In this document: one piece after another, positions 35,341 to 46,832 of the stretch
Layout of the letters: each line of letters begins with the position of its first letter
How positions within the stretch are numbered: the first letter of the stretch is position 1
From: Rubrivivax sp.
Lineage (GTDB): Bacteria; Pseudomonadota; Gammaproteobacteria; Burkholderiales; Burkholderiaceae_C
Assembly: GCA_036523095.1 (NCBI GenBank)
Contig: DATDER010000056.1
Span: forward strand, 1 to 63,700
Direction of reading: 5' to 3'
DNA: 63,700 nt
Made by a program: the position numbers and the translations under genes
The notes under the pieces: generated by a model
The model's database searches: none
Told to the model about the DNA's origin: nothing
Seen by the model: only the letters and a program-made list of their open reading frames with translations

Positions 35341-36393
35341 ATGACCACCGCCCTCGCCTCGCTCGCTTCAGTCGTGAATCACCAGGTGCGCCTCGCGGCG
35401 CGCCCCGTCGGCGCAGTCAAGCCGACGGACTGGCAGTTCAGCGAAGAGCCGGTCGCCGAGCCGGCCGAAGGCGGCGTGCTGGTCAAGACGCTGGCGCTGT
35501 CCCTCGACCCCGCGATGCGCGGCTGGATGAACGAAGGCAAGAGCTACATCCCGCCGGTGGGCATCGGCGAGGTCATGCGTGCGGGCGGCATCGGCGTCGT
35601 CGTGGCGTCGAAGAACCCGGCCTTTTCGGTGGGCGACCACGTGACTGGCGGGCCGGGCGTGCAGGAGTACTGCCTCGTGCCCGGCGACCAGATCAAACGT
35701 TCGGGGCTGGAAATAATCGATCTGCGCCTGGGCAGCGTCACGCAGTGGCTCAACGTGCTGGGCATGCCCGGCATGACGGGCTACTTCGGCCTCATGGACG
35801 TAGGCCAGCCGAAGCCCGGCGAAACCGTGGTCGTCTCGGGCGCCGCCGGTGCCGTCGGCCAGACCGTCGGCCAGATCGCGAAGATCAAGGGCTGCCGTGT
35901 CGTGGGTATCGCTGGCGGCACGGCCAAGTGCGAATGGGTCGTCAAGGACCTCGGCTTCGACGCCTGCATCGACTACAAGGGCGGCTCGGTGCGCGACGGG
36001 CTGAAGGAACATTGCCCCAAGGGTGTCGACATCTATTTCGACAACGTCGGCGGCGAGATCCTCGACACCGTGCTCACGCGCATCAACCGCAAGGCGCGCA
36101 TCATCATCTGCGGCGCAATCAGCCAGTACAACAACACCACTGCGGTGCAAGGGCCCAAGAACTACATGTCGCTGCTGGTGAACCGCGCCCGCATGGAAGG
36201 CATCGTCGTCTTCGACTACGCCGATCGTTACGGCGTGGCCATCGCCGAGATGGCGGGCTACCTGAAGGACGGCCGCATGAAGAGCAAGGAAGACGTCGCC
36301 ACCGGCGGCGTCGCCGCCTTCCCCGAGACGCTGAACAAGCTCTTCAGTGGCGAGAATTTCGGCAAGCTGGTTTTGAAGCTGGCCGAAGGTTGA
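35341..36393 (+). CDS. NADP-dependent oxidoreductase (CurA/prostaglandin reductase-like MDR)
   Basis: LSLDPAMRG, VSGAAGAVG, YFDNVGG, GENFGK. Confidence 0.9.
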   Translation: MTTALASLASVVNHQVRLAARPVGAVKPTDWQFSEEPVAEPAEGGVLVKTLALSLDPAMRGWMNEGKSYIPPVGIGEVMRAGGIGVVVASKNPAFSVGDHVTGGPGVQEYCLVPGDQIKRSGLEIIDLRLGSVTQWLNVLGMPGMTGYFGLMDVGQPKPGETVVVSGAAGAVGQTVGQIAKIKGCRVVGIAGGTAKCEWVVKDLGFDACIDYKGGSVRDGLKEHCPKGVDIYFDNVGGEILDTVLTRINRKARIIICGAISQYNNTTAVQGPKNYMSLLVNRARMEGIVVFDYADRYGVAIAEMAGYLKDGRMKSKEDVATGGVAAFPETLNKLFSGENFGKLVLKLAEG

Positions 36394-36417
36394 GATGACC
36401 GCCCGCCGCCCGCGCGG

Positions 36418-38412
36418 CTAGAAGTGGATGCCGCGCATCATCTGCGCCATCGCGATCGCCTCAGGGCTCAGCGTCGGCTTGGCCAGCTTCTCGCCCTTGG
36501 CCGCGGCGCTGTCGGGGAACATGCGGAAGGTCGTGTTCATCACGATCTGAGTGATCCGCGGTGCCGCAGCGTGCAGCACCTCGCCGAAGATGCCCAATCG
36601 TGTCGCCACCCGCACCGGCTTGTCGATGCAGGCCTGGATGATCATGTCGGCCGCTTCTTCGGGCTTGAGCAAGGGCATGTTGTCGTAGATCTTGGTCGGC
36701 GCCGTCATCGGCGTGCGCACGAGCGGCATGTTCACGGTGGTGAACGTCACACCCTGGTCGGCGTATTCGCTGCTCGCGCAGCGGGTCCACGCATCGAGTG
36801 CGGCCTTGCTGGCGACATAGGCCGAGAAGCGCGGTGCGTTGACGAGCACGCTGATCGAGCTGATGTTGACGACGTGGCCCTTCTTCTTGGCCACCATGCC
36901 GGGCAGCAGGCCCATCGTCACGCGCAGGCTGCCGAAGTAGTTGAGCTGCATCGTTCGTTCGAAGTCGTGAAAACGCTCGTAGCTGGCTTCGATGGCGCGG
37001 CGGATCGAGCGCCCCGCGTTGTTGATGAGAAAGTCCACGCCGCCGTGTTCTTCGGTGAGCTTGCGCACGAACTCGCCGCAGCTGGCTTCATCGGCGATGT
37101 CCACCGCATAGCTGAACACCTGCGCGTCCTTGCCCGCCGCCGCCTTGATCTCCTTCACCGCTTCGCTCAGCTTGTCTTCACCGCGTGCACAGATCACCGT
37201 GATCGCGCCGGCCTCGGCAAAGCGGCAGGCGGCCGAGAGGCCGATGCCCGATGAGCCGCCGGTGATGAGCACGACCTTGCCCTTCACCGTGCCCTTGAGG
37301 CTGCGGTCGATGAAGAGCGCCGGGTCGAGGTGGCGCTCCCAGTAGTCCCAGAGGCGCCAGGCGTAGTCGTGCAGGTTCGGGCATTCGATGCCGCTGCCCT
37401 TGAGTGCGGCATCGGTCTGGCGGCGGTCGAAGCGCGTCGGGTAGTTCACGAAGGTCAGCATGTCCTCGGGCACACCCAGGTCCTTGATCACCGCCCGGTA
37501 GATGCGTTTGACGGGCGCCAGCGCCATCAAGCCCTTCTTCACGCTCTTGGGCACGAAGCCGAACAGCGCCGCGTTGACGAAGATGTTCATCTTCGGTGCG
37601 TGTGCGGCCTTGCTGAAGATGTCGAGCACGTCGCCGATGCGGTAGCCCGTCGGGTCGACGAGGTGGAAGCAGCCGCCCGTGGCCCTGACGTGGTGGCTGA
37701 TGTGGTCGAGTGCGGAGACGACGAAATCCACCGGCACGATGTTCACGCGCCCGCCTTCCAGGCCGATGCTGGGCATCCACGGCGGCAGGATCTGGCGCAT
37801 GCGCTGGATCAGCTTGAAGAAGTAATACGGCCCGTCGATCTTGTCCATCTCGCCGGTGCTCGAGTCGCCCACCACCATCGCCGGGCGGTAGACCGTCCAC
37901 GGCACCTTGCACTCCTTGCGCACGATCTTTTCGCTCTCGTGCTTGGTCATGAAGTACGGGTGGTCGAGGCCCTCGGCCTCGTCGAACATGTCTTCGCGGA
38001 ATACCCCTTCGTACAGGCCCGCGGCGGCGATGCTGCTGACGTGGTGGAAGTGCTTCGCGTCGATCGCCTTCGCAAACTCGACCGCACTGCGTGTGCCTTC
38101 GATGTTGACCGCGACCTGGCTCTCTTCGTCGGCGCTCAGGTCGTACACGGCGGCGAGGTGGTACAGGTGCGTGACCTTGCCCTTGAGCGCCTTGATCGCG
38201 TCGCTGCTGGCCCCCAGCTTCTTGCTCGTGAGGTCGCCGTAGACCGGGACCGCGCGGGCCTTGCTCACGCCCCAATAGGCGAGCAGTTCGGGCACCTTCT
38301 TTTCGGACTCGGGCCGCAGCAGGAAGTGCACGGTAGCCCCGCGTCTCGCAAGCAGCGTCTTGACCAGGCGCTTGCCGATGAAGCCGGTGGCTCCGGTGAC
38401 GAAATACTCCAT
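36418..38412 (-). CDS. two-domain SDR, fatty acyl-CoA reductase-like
   Basis: N-terminal TGATGFIG...YFMTK extended SDR fused to TGGSSGIG...NNAGRSIRR...YVASK classical SDR. Confidence 0.85.
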   Translation of the reverse strand: MEYFVTGATGFIGKRLVKTLLARRGATVHFLLRPESEKKVPELLAYWGVSKARAVPVYGDLTSKKLGASSDAIKALKGKVTHLYHLAAVYDLSADEESQVAVNIEGTRSAVEFAKAIDAKHFHHVSSIAAAGLYEGVFREDMFDEAEGLDHPYFMTKHESEKIVRKECKVPWTVYRPAMVVGDSSTGEMDKIDGPYYFFKLIQRMRQILPPWMPSIGLEGGRVNIVPVDFVVSALDHISHHVRATGGCFHLVDPTGYRIGDVLDIFSKAAHAPKMNIFVNAALFGFVPKSVKKGLMALAPVKRIYRAVIKDLGVPEDMLTFVNYPTRFDRRQTDAALKGSGIECPNLHDYAWRLWDYWERHLDPALFIDRSLKGTVKGKVVLITGGSSGIGLSAACRFAEAGAITVICARGEDKLSEAVKEIKAAAGKDAQVFSYAVDIADEASCGEFVRKLTEEHGGVDFLINNAGRSIRRAIEASYERFHDFERTMQLNYFGSLRVTMGLLPGMVAKKKGHVVNISSISVLVNAPRFSAYVASKAALDAWTRCASSEYADQGVTFTTVNMPLVRTPMTAPTKIYDNMPLLKPEEAADMIIQACIDKPVRVATRLGIFGEVLHAAAPRITQIVMNTTFRMFPDSAAAKGEKLAKPTLSPEAIAMAQMMRGIHF

Positions 38413-38603
38413 GCCATCCTCCGCGGTGGTTTCGGGGAAAGCGTCGATTCTTGACCAGGCCGGCGCCGGCGGCTCGTCGCGCTTACCCGGATCGCGCGCC
38501 ACGGCTTTAGGCTGCGCACTCCACCGGGCGACCCTATAGTTGAACGTCAGGCCCGCCCGGCACCACATTCGGGCCCGCACAACCCAAACGGAAGGACGCA
38601 ATC

Positions 38604-39134
38604 ATGGTCAAGAAGCTCCAAAAGATGGCCGCCAAACAGTCGGCACCGGCCGCCGGGTTGCTCGACAGCCAGCTCGCCAGTTCGGTCAAGGAGTCAGCGC
38701 AGCAGATCTGGCTCGCCGGCATGGGCGCGTTCAGCAAGGCCCAGGCCGAAGGCGGCAAGGTCTTCGAGTCGCTGATCAAGGAAGGCGTCAGCCTGCAGCG
38801 CAAGACCCAGGGGCTGGCCGAAGACAAGATCAGCGAAGTCACCGGCAAGATGACGAGCATGGCCGGCGACGTGCAGGCCAAGGCCGGTCAGCACTGGGAC
38901 AAGCTGGAATCGATCTTCGAAGCGCGTACCGCGAAGGCGATGAACAAGCTCGGCGTGCCCACCGCCAAGGACGTGGACGCACTGATCCAGCGTGTCGACC
39001 AGCTCGCCGCTGCGGTGGCCAGGCTGTCGAAGCCGGCACCGGCGAGAGCCGCGGCGCCGAAAGCCGCCACACCGGTGGCCAAGAAGGCGGCCGCGAAGAA
39101 GGCGCCAGCCAAGCGCGCAGCGCGCAAGGCCTGA
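38604..39134 (+). CDS. phasin (PhaF/PhaI family) with Ala/Lys/Pro-rich tail
   Basis: QQIWLAGMGAFSKAQAEGGKVF, WDKLESIFE, AAKKAPAK tail. Confidence 0.88.
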   Translation: MVKKLQKMAAKQSAPAAGLLDSQLASSVKESAQQIWLAGMGAFSKAQAEGGKVFESLIKEGVSLQRKTQGLAEDKISEVTGKMTSMAGDVQAKAGQHWDKLESIFEARTAKAMNKLGVPTAKDVDALIQRVDQLAAAVARLSKPAPARAAAPKAATPVAKKAAAKKAPAKRAARKA

Positions 39135-39164
39135 GCCTGAAGGCGGCTTGCGGCGCATCCAGCG

Positions 39165-39187
39165 AGGGCGCCCAGGCGCCCTTTTTT
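39165..39187 (+). terminator. rho-independent terminator after the phasin gene
   Basis: AGGGCGC-CCAG-GCGCCCT followed by TTTTT. Confidence 0.75.
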
Positions 39188-39211
39188 GCGCCGTACCCCG
39201 AAACGACCAGA

Positions 39212-40477
39212 GTGAAGTCGCACTCGACATCGCAGCCCCGCATCGGCCTTGCCCTGGCCGGCGGCGGCCCGCTCGGCGCCGTCTACGAGATCGGCGCCCT
39301 GTGTGCGCTGGAAGAAGCGTTCGTCGGCGTGGACTTCAATGCGCTGAACGGCTATGTCGGTGTGTCGGCGGGGGGATTCATCGCCGCCGGCCTGGCCAAC
39401 GGCATGTCCCCGCGGCAACTCTGCCGCGCGTTCATCGAGACCGGGCGCCAGCGCCCCGATGCGATGGACCCTTCGCTCTTCATCCGTCCTGCCTTCGGCG
39501 AGTTCGCGCGACGCGCGGCGTCGCTGCCGCGCCTGGTGGCGCAGGCCGGATGGCGTTATGTCTTCGAGCGCCGCTCCTTGCTGCAGGCGATCGAGCGCCT
39601 GGGGCGGGCGCTGCCCACCGGCGTTTTCAGTAACGGCGCGCTCGAAGCGCAGATGAAGCGCCTGCTGTCATTGCCCGGTCGCAGCGACGACTTCCGAAAG
39701 CTCGACCGCCGCCTCGTGCTGGTCGCGACCGACCTCGATTCCGGCGCGACCGCGCCCTTCGGCCTGCCGGGCTGGGACCATGTACCCATATCGCGCGCGG
39801 TCGCCGCCAGCGCCGCGCTGCCGGGACTCTTTCCGCCGGTCGAGATCGGCGGGCGCTGGTACGTCGACGGCGCGCTGAAGAAGACGCTGCACGCGAGTGT
39901 GTTGCTCGACATGCAGCTTGACGTCGTGATCTGCCTGAATCCGCTCGTGCCCTTCGATGCCACGCACTCCGAACGCCACCGCGTGCTCGCCAGCGGCGAA
40001 GAGCGCATCCCGCGTCTGGTCGAAGGCGGGTTGCCCGTGGTGCTGAGCCAGACCTTCCGTTCGTTGATCCATTCCCGTCTCGAAATCGGTATGAAAGGCT
40101 ACGACGCGAGCCACCCTGGGACCGATGTCCTGCTCTTCGAGCCCGACCACCGCGACCCGGAGATGTTCCTCGCCAACACTTTCGGTTACGGGCAGCGCCG
40201 CATCCTGGCCGAACACGCCTACCAACGCACCCGCGCCGATCTGCGCTCGCGCCGCTCGACGCTGCGGGTGCAGCTTGCGCGCCACGGCATCGGGATCGAC
40301 GACGCCGCGCTCGACGACCGCGGGCGCCACCTGGTGTCGCGCCGCGCCCCCGCGGGCGGGCGGGCGGCGGGCGCACTGCGCCGGCTCGACGAGGTGCTGG
40401 ACGACCTCGAGCGGCTGCTGCCCGCGGCAACCCGTTCCCGGCGCCGGGCTCAAGTTCGCCACCGGCGCGCCGAATAG
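39212..40477 (+). CDS. patatin-like phospholipase/esterase
   Basis: GGGPLG, GVSAG, DGA catalytic motifs. GTG start is estimated. Confidence 0.88.
   Translation: MKSHSTSQPRIGLALAGGGPLGAVYEIGALCALEEAFVGVDFNALNGYVGVSAGGFIAAGLANGMSPRQLCRAFIETGRQRPDAMDPSLFIRPAFGEFARRAASLPRLVAQAGWRYVFERRSLLQAIERLGRALPTGVFSNGALEAQMKRLLSLPGRSDDFRKLDRRLVLVATDLDSGATAPFGLPGWDHVPISRAVAASAALPGLFPPVEIGGRWYVDGALKKTLHASVLLDMQLDVVICLNPLVPFDATHSERHRVLASGEERIPRLVEGGLPVVLSQTFRSLIHSRLEIGMKGYDASHPGTDVLLFEPDHRDPEMFLANTFGYGQRRILAEHAYQRTRADLRSRRSTLRVQLARHGIGIDDAALDDRGRHLVSRRAPAGGRAAGALRRLDEVLDDLERLLPAATRSRRRAQVRHRRAE
40450..40476 (+). promoter_or_regulatory. putative sigma28 (FliA) promoter
   Basis: TCAAG-N14-GCCGAATA, ending 6 nt before GTG 40483. 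Confidence 0.55.
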
Positions 40478-40482
40478 GCGTT

Positions 40483-40935
40483 GTGGCTGACAACTCCCCT
40501 CCCCGCTCCCCGCCGCCCGCGCAGGGTACCGAATTGCCGCTGTACCGGTCGCTCAAGGCCCTGCTCGATCGTGCACCGGGGGCGCGCGAAGTGCTGCCGC
40601 ACCTGAGCGCGCTCGAAGCGGCGCTCGGGCTGCAAGGGCTGGCTGCGATCGACAGCGCGTCGGCGCCGGTGTTGCAGAAGATGTACAGCCAGCTCTCGAG
40701 CCTGCCGCTCGACGCCGAGGAGCAGCCGCTGCGCGAACTGCTCGCACGCCTGTTGATCGCGTTGGAAGACCGCGCCGCCGAGGCCAAGGCGCTGGACCCA
40801 CGGTCACCGCTGCAGGTGCTGCTCCAGGTGCCCGTGCCGCCGCCCTTCGGCGCCGACAGCAAGCTGATGGTGAGCGAAGCCAGCCACAGCGAGTTCCTGG
40901 CCGCCTACGGCGACCGCGACGACCGTCCGATCTGA
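40483..40935 (+). CDS. hypothetical protein
   Basis: 150-aa ORF filling the gap, with typical codon usage and a helical core (LKALLDRAPGAREVLPHLSALEAAL). Confidence 0.7.
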   Translation: MADNSPPRSPPPAQGTELPLYRSLKALLDRAPGAREVLPHLSALEAALGLQGLAAIDSASAPVLQKMYSQLSSLPLDAEEQPLRELLARLLIALEDRAAEAKALDPRSPLQVLLQVPVPPPFGADSKLMVSEASHSEFLAAYGDRDDRPI

Positions 40936-40956
40936 GGCCCCCCAGCCCGGCCGCCC

Positions 40957-42450
40957 TCAACCGAGGTAGCGTGCCTCGAGGTGGGCCTTGAAGTGCGCCG
41001 GGTTCAACGCTTCGCCGCTCGCCCGCACCGCCAGCTCGTCGGTCGTCCAGCGGCTGCCCTGGCTCCAGATGTGCTCGTTCAACCAGCCGAACACCGGTTG
41101 CAGATCACCCGCGCCGATGCGTGCATCCAGGTCGGGCAGCGCGCGCCGCATCGCACCGAACCACTGCGCCGCGAACATCGCGCCGAGTGAATAACAGGGG
41201 AAGTAGCCGAACAGGCCCTCGGGCCAGTGCACGTCCTGCAGCGCGCCGTCCTTGAAATTGCCGCGCGTGTCCAGGCCGAGCAGTTCTGCCATCTTGGCGT
41301 CCCAGAGCGCGGGGATGTCCTCGGGCTCGATCTCGCCTTCGATCAGCGGGCGCTCGATCTCGTAACGCAGGATCACGTGCGCCGGGTAGGTCACCTCGTC
41401 GGCGTCGACGCGGATCAGGCCCGGTTTGACGCGGGTCATCAAGCGGTGCAGGTTCCCCGGCTCGAAGGCCGGCTGGTCACCGAAGGCCTGCACCAGCAGC
41501 GGCGCGATGAGTCTGACGAAACCCGGGTGCGCGCCGAGCTGCATCTCGAAGCTCAACGACTGGCTCTCGTGCAGCGCCATCGAACGCGCCTCGGCCACGG
41601 GCTGGCCGAGCGAGTCGCGCGGCAGGTTCTGCTCGTAGCGGCCGTGGCCGGTTTCGTGCACCGTGCCCATCAGGCTGCCGAGGAAGTTGTCCTCGACGAA
41701 ACGTGTCGTCATGCGCACGTCCTCGGGCACGCCGCCGCAGAAGGGATGGGTGCTGACGTCGAGCCGGCCGGCTTCGAAGTCGAAGCCGAGCAGGCGCATG
41801 ACCTGCTCGCACACGATGCGTTGCGCTGCGACACCGAAAGGGCCGCTCGGCTGGATCACGGCTTCATGCCGCTGACGGTCGACGACACGCTGGATCAATC
41901 CCGGCAGCCACCGGCGCACCTCACCGAAGACACGGTCCACGGTCGCGCTGGTCATGCCCGGCTCATAGCGGTCCATCAGCGCGTCGTACTTCGACAGCCC
42001 ACTGTGTTCGGCGAGCAGGCGTGCCTCTTCGCGCCCAATCGCGAGGACCTCGCGGAAGTTCTCGACGAAGCCGCTCCAGTCATTCGCCGGGCGCTGCTGC
42101 CGCCAGGCATGTTCGCAGCGCGAACTCGCGAGTTGCGAACGTGTCACGAGCTGCTCCGGCAGCGCGTTCGAGACACGCCACTCGCGTTCGATCTCACGCA
42201 GGTTCGCACGCTGCAGCGGCGACAGGTCTTCGTCGGCGGCGCGGTCGATGCACGTGCGCAGCGCGGGCTCGGTGCGCATGCGGTGGATCAGCCCGGCCAG
42301 CTCGGCGAGCGCCGCGGCGCGCGCCGGATTGCCTTTGGGCGGCATGTTCGACGCCCTGTCCCAGCCCGCGATCGAACCCAGGTGTTTGAGATTGTGGATG
42401 CGCTCGTTGAGCGCAGCGAGTTCAACGTAGGCGGGCGTGGCAGCGGGCAT
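40957..42450 (-). CDS. carboxypeptidase M32 (Taq)
   Basis: HPF, HETGH, HESQS, IRVDADE, QDVHW, GYFPCY. Confidence 0.94.
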   Translation of the reverse strand: MPAATPAYVELAALNERIHNLKHLGSIAGWDRASNMPPKGNPARAAALAELAGLIHRMRTEPALRTCIDRAADEDLSPLQRANLREIEREWRVSNALPEQLVTRSQLASSRCEHAWRQQRPANDWSGFVENFREVLAIGREEARLLAEHSGLSKYDALMDRYEPGMTSATVDRVFGEVRRWLPGLIQRVVDRQRHEAVIQPSGPFGVAAQRIVCEQVMRLLGFDFEAGRLDVSTHPFCGGVPEDVRMTTRFVEDNFLGSLMGTVHETGHGRYEQNLPRDSLGQPVAEARSMALHESQSLSFEMQLGAHPGFVRLIAPLLVQAFGDQPAFEPGNLHRLMTRVKPGLIRVDADEVTYPAHVILRYEIERPLIEGEIEPEDIPALWDAKMAELLGLDTRGNFKDGALQDVHWPEGLFGYFPCYSLGAMFAAQWFGAMRRALPDLDARIGAGDLQPVFGWLNEHIWSQGSRWTTDELAVRASGEALNPAHFKAHLEARYLG

Positions 42451-42493
42451 GGCGGCTCTCGGGGACAGCAACGCCGCATTGTGCAGCGCAGGG

Positions 42494-42979
42494 TCAGGGA
42501 TGAAGCTGCCCCGGGAACACCCACAGCAGCAGCGCCGTCATCGTGAGGTAGCGCGCGAACTTGCCGATCGCCATGTAGGCCAGGCAGGGCCAGAAAGGCA
42601 ACCGCAGCCAGCCCGCGACGGCGCACAGCGGGTCACCCACTCCCGGCAGCCAGCTCAGCAGGCAGGCCTTGGCGCCGAAGCGCTGCAGCCATTGCAGCAC
42701 ACGGACCTCGTGCGGCTTGCGGTGTTTCACACGTTCGTAGGCCCGCTCGGCGCCATAACCCATCCACCAGCTGATGGCGCCGCCGACCGTGTTCCCGGCG
42801 GTGGCCACGAGCACCGCGGGCCAGAACATCTGCGGGTTGAGTTTGACGAGACCGAAGACCGCAGGCTCGCTGCCCAGCGGCAGCAGGGTGGCCGAGACCA
42901 GCGACACCACGAACACCGTGCTGAGGCCGAACTTGGGCAGCGCGAGTGCCGTCATCAGCGAATGCAGCCAGGTTTCCAT
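42494..42979 (-). CDS. YqaA/DedA family membrane protein
   Basis: SATLLPLGSE, GNTVGG, WLPGVGDPL. Confidence 0.9.
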   Translation of the reverse strand: METWLHSLMTALALPKFGLSTVFVVSLVSATLLPLGSEPAVFGLVKLNPQMFWPAVLVATAGNTVGGAISWWMGYGAERAYERVKHRKPHEVRVLQWLQRFGAKACLLSWLPGVGDPLCAVAGWLRLPFWPCLAYMAIGKFARYLTMTALLLWVFPGQLHP

Positions 42980-43084
42980 CGGCGCCGATCATAGGCAAGC
43001 GGGCCTGCGCGCGAGGCGCGGTCGGGCCTGGCCCGCCGCTATACTCCTGCCTCCTTTTTCAGCACGCAGCGCACGCACCACCCC

Positions 43085-44113
43085 ATGCACATCGGCCCGA
43101 TCGAGCTGCCGAACCGGCTCTTCGTCGCCCCGATGGCCGGCGTCACGGACCGGCCCTTTCGCATGCTGTGCAAGCGCCTCGGCGCGGGTTACGCGGTGAG
43201 CGAGATGGTGACCTCGCAGCGTGCGCTGTGGACGAGCCTGAAGACCAGCCGGCGCGCCGACCACAGCGGCGAGTCGGCCCCGATCGCGGTCCAGATCGCC
43301 GGCGTCGACCCGGCCGAGATGGCCGACGCGGCGCGCTACAACATCGATCGCGGCGCCGCCGTAATCGACATCAACATGGGCTGCCCGGCCAAGAAGGTGT
43401 GCAACGTCTGGGCCGGCTCGGCGCTGATGAGCAATCCGGCGCTCGCGTTGCGCATCGTCGACGCGGTGGTCGCCGCCTGCGCGCCGCGCGGCGTGCCCGT
43501 GACGCTGAAGATGCGCAGCGGCCGCTGCGACAGCGAGCGCAACGCGCTCGCGCTGGCACGCGGCGCCGAGTCCGCCGGCGTCGCGATGGTCGCGGTGCAC
43601 GGCCGCACTCGCGAACAGGGCTACACCGGGCTGGCTGAATACGACACGGTGGCAGCCGTGAAGGCCGGGCTGCAGATCCCGGTGGTGGCCAACGGCGACA
43701 TCGACTCGCCGGCCAAGGCGCGCGCGGTGCTGCTGCGCACCGGCGCCGACGCGCTGATGATCGGCCGCGCGGCCCAGGGCCGGCCCTGGATCTTTCGCGA
43801 GATCGCACACTTCCTCGCCACCGGCAGCGAACTCGCGCCGCCTCCGACACGCGATGTGCAGCGCTGGCTCACCGAACACCTGCACGACCACTACGGCCTC
43901 TACGGCGAGCTGGCCGGCGTGCGCACCGCGCGCAAGCACATCGGCTGGGCCGTGCGGGCGCTGCCGGGCGGCGAGGCCTTCCGCGCTGCGATGAACACGC
44001 TCGAGACCTGCGACGCGCAGGTCCGTGCCGTGGGCACCTTCTTCGACGAACTGGCCGACCTGCACATCACACTGCCGGCGGCGAATGCCCCGACCCACCG
44101 GCTGGCAGCATGA
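43085..44113 (+). CDS. dusB: tRNA-dihydrouridine synthase B
   Basis: APMAGVTD, DINMGCPAKKV, HGRTR; precedes fis. Confidence 0.95.
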   Translation: MHIGPIELPNRLFVAPMAGVTDRPFRMLCKRLGAGYAVSEMVTSQRALWTSLKTSRRADHSGESAPIAVQIAGVDPAEMADAARYNIDRGAAVIDINMGCPAKKVCNVWAGSALMSNPALALRIVDAVVAACAPRGVPVTLKMRSGRCDSERNALALARGAESAGVAMVAVHGRTREQGYTGLAEYDTVAAVKAGLQIPVVANGDIDSPAKARAVLLRTGADALMIGRAAQGRPWIFREIAHFLATGSELAPPPTRDVQRWLTEHLHDHYGLYGELAGVRTARKHIGWAVRALPGGEAFRAAMNTLETCDAQVRAVGTFFDELADLHITLPAANAPTHRLAA

Positions 44114-44346
44114 GCAAGAAACACATCGAAGAGTGCATTCGCGCGTCGCTCGAGCAGTACCTCAAGGACCTGCGCGGCGCCGAGCCTTCGGGCGTCTACG
44201 AGATGATCATCGCCGCGGTCGAGAAACCGATGCTCGATGTCTTGATGCAGCACGCCGACGGCAACCAGAGCAAGGCGGCCGATTGGCTCGGCATCAACCG
44301 CAACACGCTGCGCCGCAAGCTGCTCGACCACAAGATCATCAAATAG
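44110..44346 (+). CDS. fis: Fis family DNA-binding protein
   Basis: GNQSKAADWLGINRNTLRRKL. Confidence 0.93.
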   Translation: MSKKHIEECIRASLEQYLKDLRGAEPSGVYEMIIAAVEKPMLDVLMQHADGNQSKAADWLGINRNTLRRKLLDHKIIK

Positions 44347-44379
44347 GAAAGACGCCCTTCGGGCGTCCAAGGTTGTTTC

Positions 44380-45960
<1,581 letters not shown>

Positions 45961-46065
45961 TCGGGGCGCCGCCCCAACGCACGGCCGAGGGCCAACGGCA
46001 GCAGAATGGGGACTGCGGGGTGCGTGTACCCCGCGCCGATTCACCCGCGTTGAAAGGCGAGCGAC

Positions 46066-46536
46066 ATGCAAGGCGACCCTCCCGTCATCAAGCTGCTTCA
46101 AGCCCAGCTCAAGAACGAGCTGACCGCGATCAACCAGTACTTCGTCCACTACCGGATGTTCAAGCACTGGGGCTTCGAGCGCATGGCGAAGAAGGAATAC
46201 GAAGAGTCGATCGGCGAGATGAAACACGCCGACACGCTGATGGAGCGCCTGTTCACGCTCGACGCGCTGCCCAACCTGCAGGACCTGGGCAAGCTGCGCA
46301 TCGGCGAAACGCTCATCGAGGCGCTCGGCTGCGACCTGAAGTCCGAACAAGGCGCGCAGGTGACGTTGAAGAACGGCATCGCGCAGGCCGAGTTGTCGCG
46401 CGACTACGTCAGCCGCGATCTCTTCCAGCACATCCTCGAAGACACCGAGGAACACATCGACTTCCTCGAAACCCAGCTCGAGCTCGTGGCCAAGGTGGGC
46501 GAGCAGAACTACCTGCAGTCGCAGCTGGGTTCCTGA
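46066..46536 (+). CDS. bfr: bacterioferritin
   Basis: ELTAINQYF, ESIGEMKHAD, EEHIDFLETQL. Confidence 0.95.
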   Translation: MQGDPPVIKLLQAQLKNELTAINQYFVHYRMFKHWGFERMAKKEYEESIGEMKHADTLMERLFTLDALPNLQDLGKLRIGETLIEALGCDLKSEQGAQVTLKNGIAQAELSRDYVSRDLFQHILEDTEEHIDFLETQLELVAKVGEQNYLQSQLGS

Positions 46537-46566
46537 GCCGCCGCGCGGCCCGGTGGGTGTCGGCGC

Positions 46567-46613
46567 AATGACACAGCTTCTCACTTGTTAATACGAACAA
46601 TTCGCATTACACT
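46567..46613 (+). promoter_or_regulatory. Fur-box-like sites overlapping a sigma70 promoter of bfd-hemP
   Basis: AATACGAACAATTCGCATT (46590-46608, near-palindrome) and a weaker AATGACACAGCTTCTCACT (46567-46585); TTGTTA-N17-TACACT. Confidence 0.7.
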
Positions 46614-46619
46614 GCGGGA

Positions 46620-46832
46620 ATGATAGTCTGTGTCTGCCGCCGGGTTTCTGACCGCGACATCGCCAGCGCCGTGCGCGCGGGCTGCGCCAGCTTCGAGCAG
46701 TTGCAGGACGAGTTGTGTGTCGCACGTGCCTGCGGCGCGTGCCACGACTGCGCGCACGAGACCTTCCACGCCCACGCGGCGGTCATTGCACCGCCCGCTC
46801 CCTGCCATGGCCAACGCGCCCTCGCCGCATAG
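46620..46832 (+). CDS. bfd: bacterioferritin-associated ferredoxin
   Basis: MIVCVC...CGAC. Confidence 0.88.
   Translation: MIVCVCRRVSDRDIASAVRAGCASFEQLQDELCVARACGACHDCAHETFHAHAAVIAPPAPCHGQRALAA

Noticed and set aside
39030-39131. Repetitive sequence at the phasin 3' end
   Set aside because: It encodes the normal Ala/Lys/Pro tail of PhaF-type proteins and is not a DNA repeat element.
44351-44367. Hairpin GACGCCC-TTC-GGGCGTC between fis and purH as a ZTP riboswitch
   Set aside because: The intergenic gap is only 33 bp, too short, and lacks the pfl motif.
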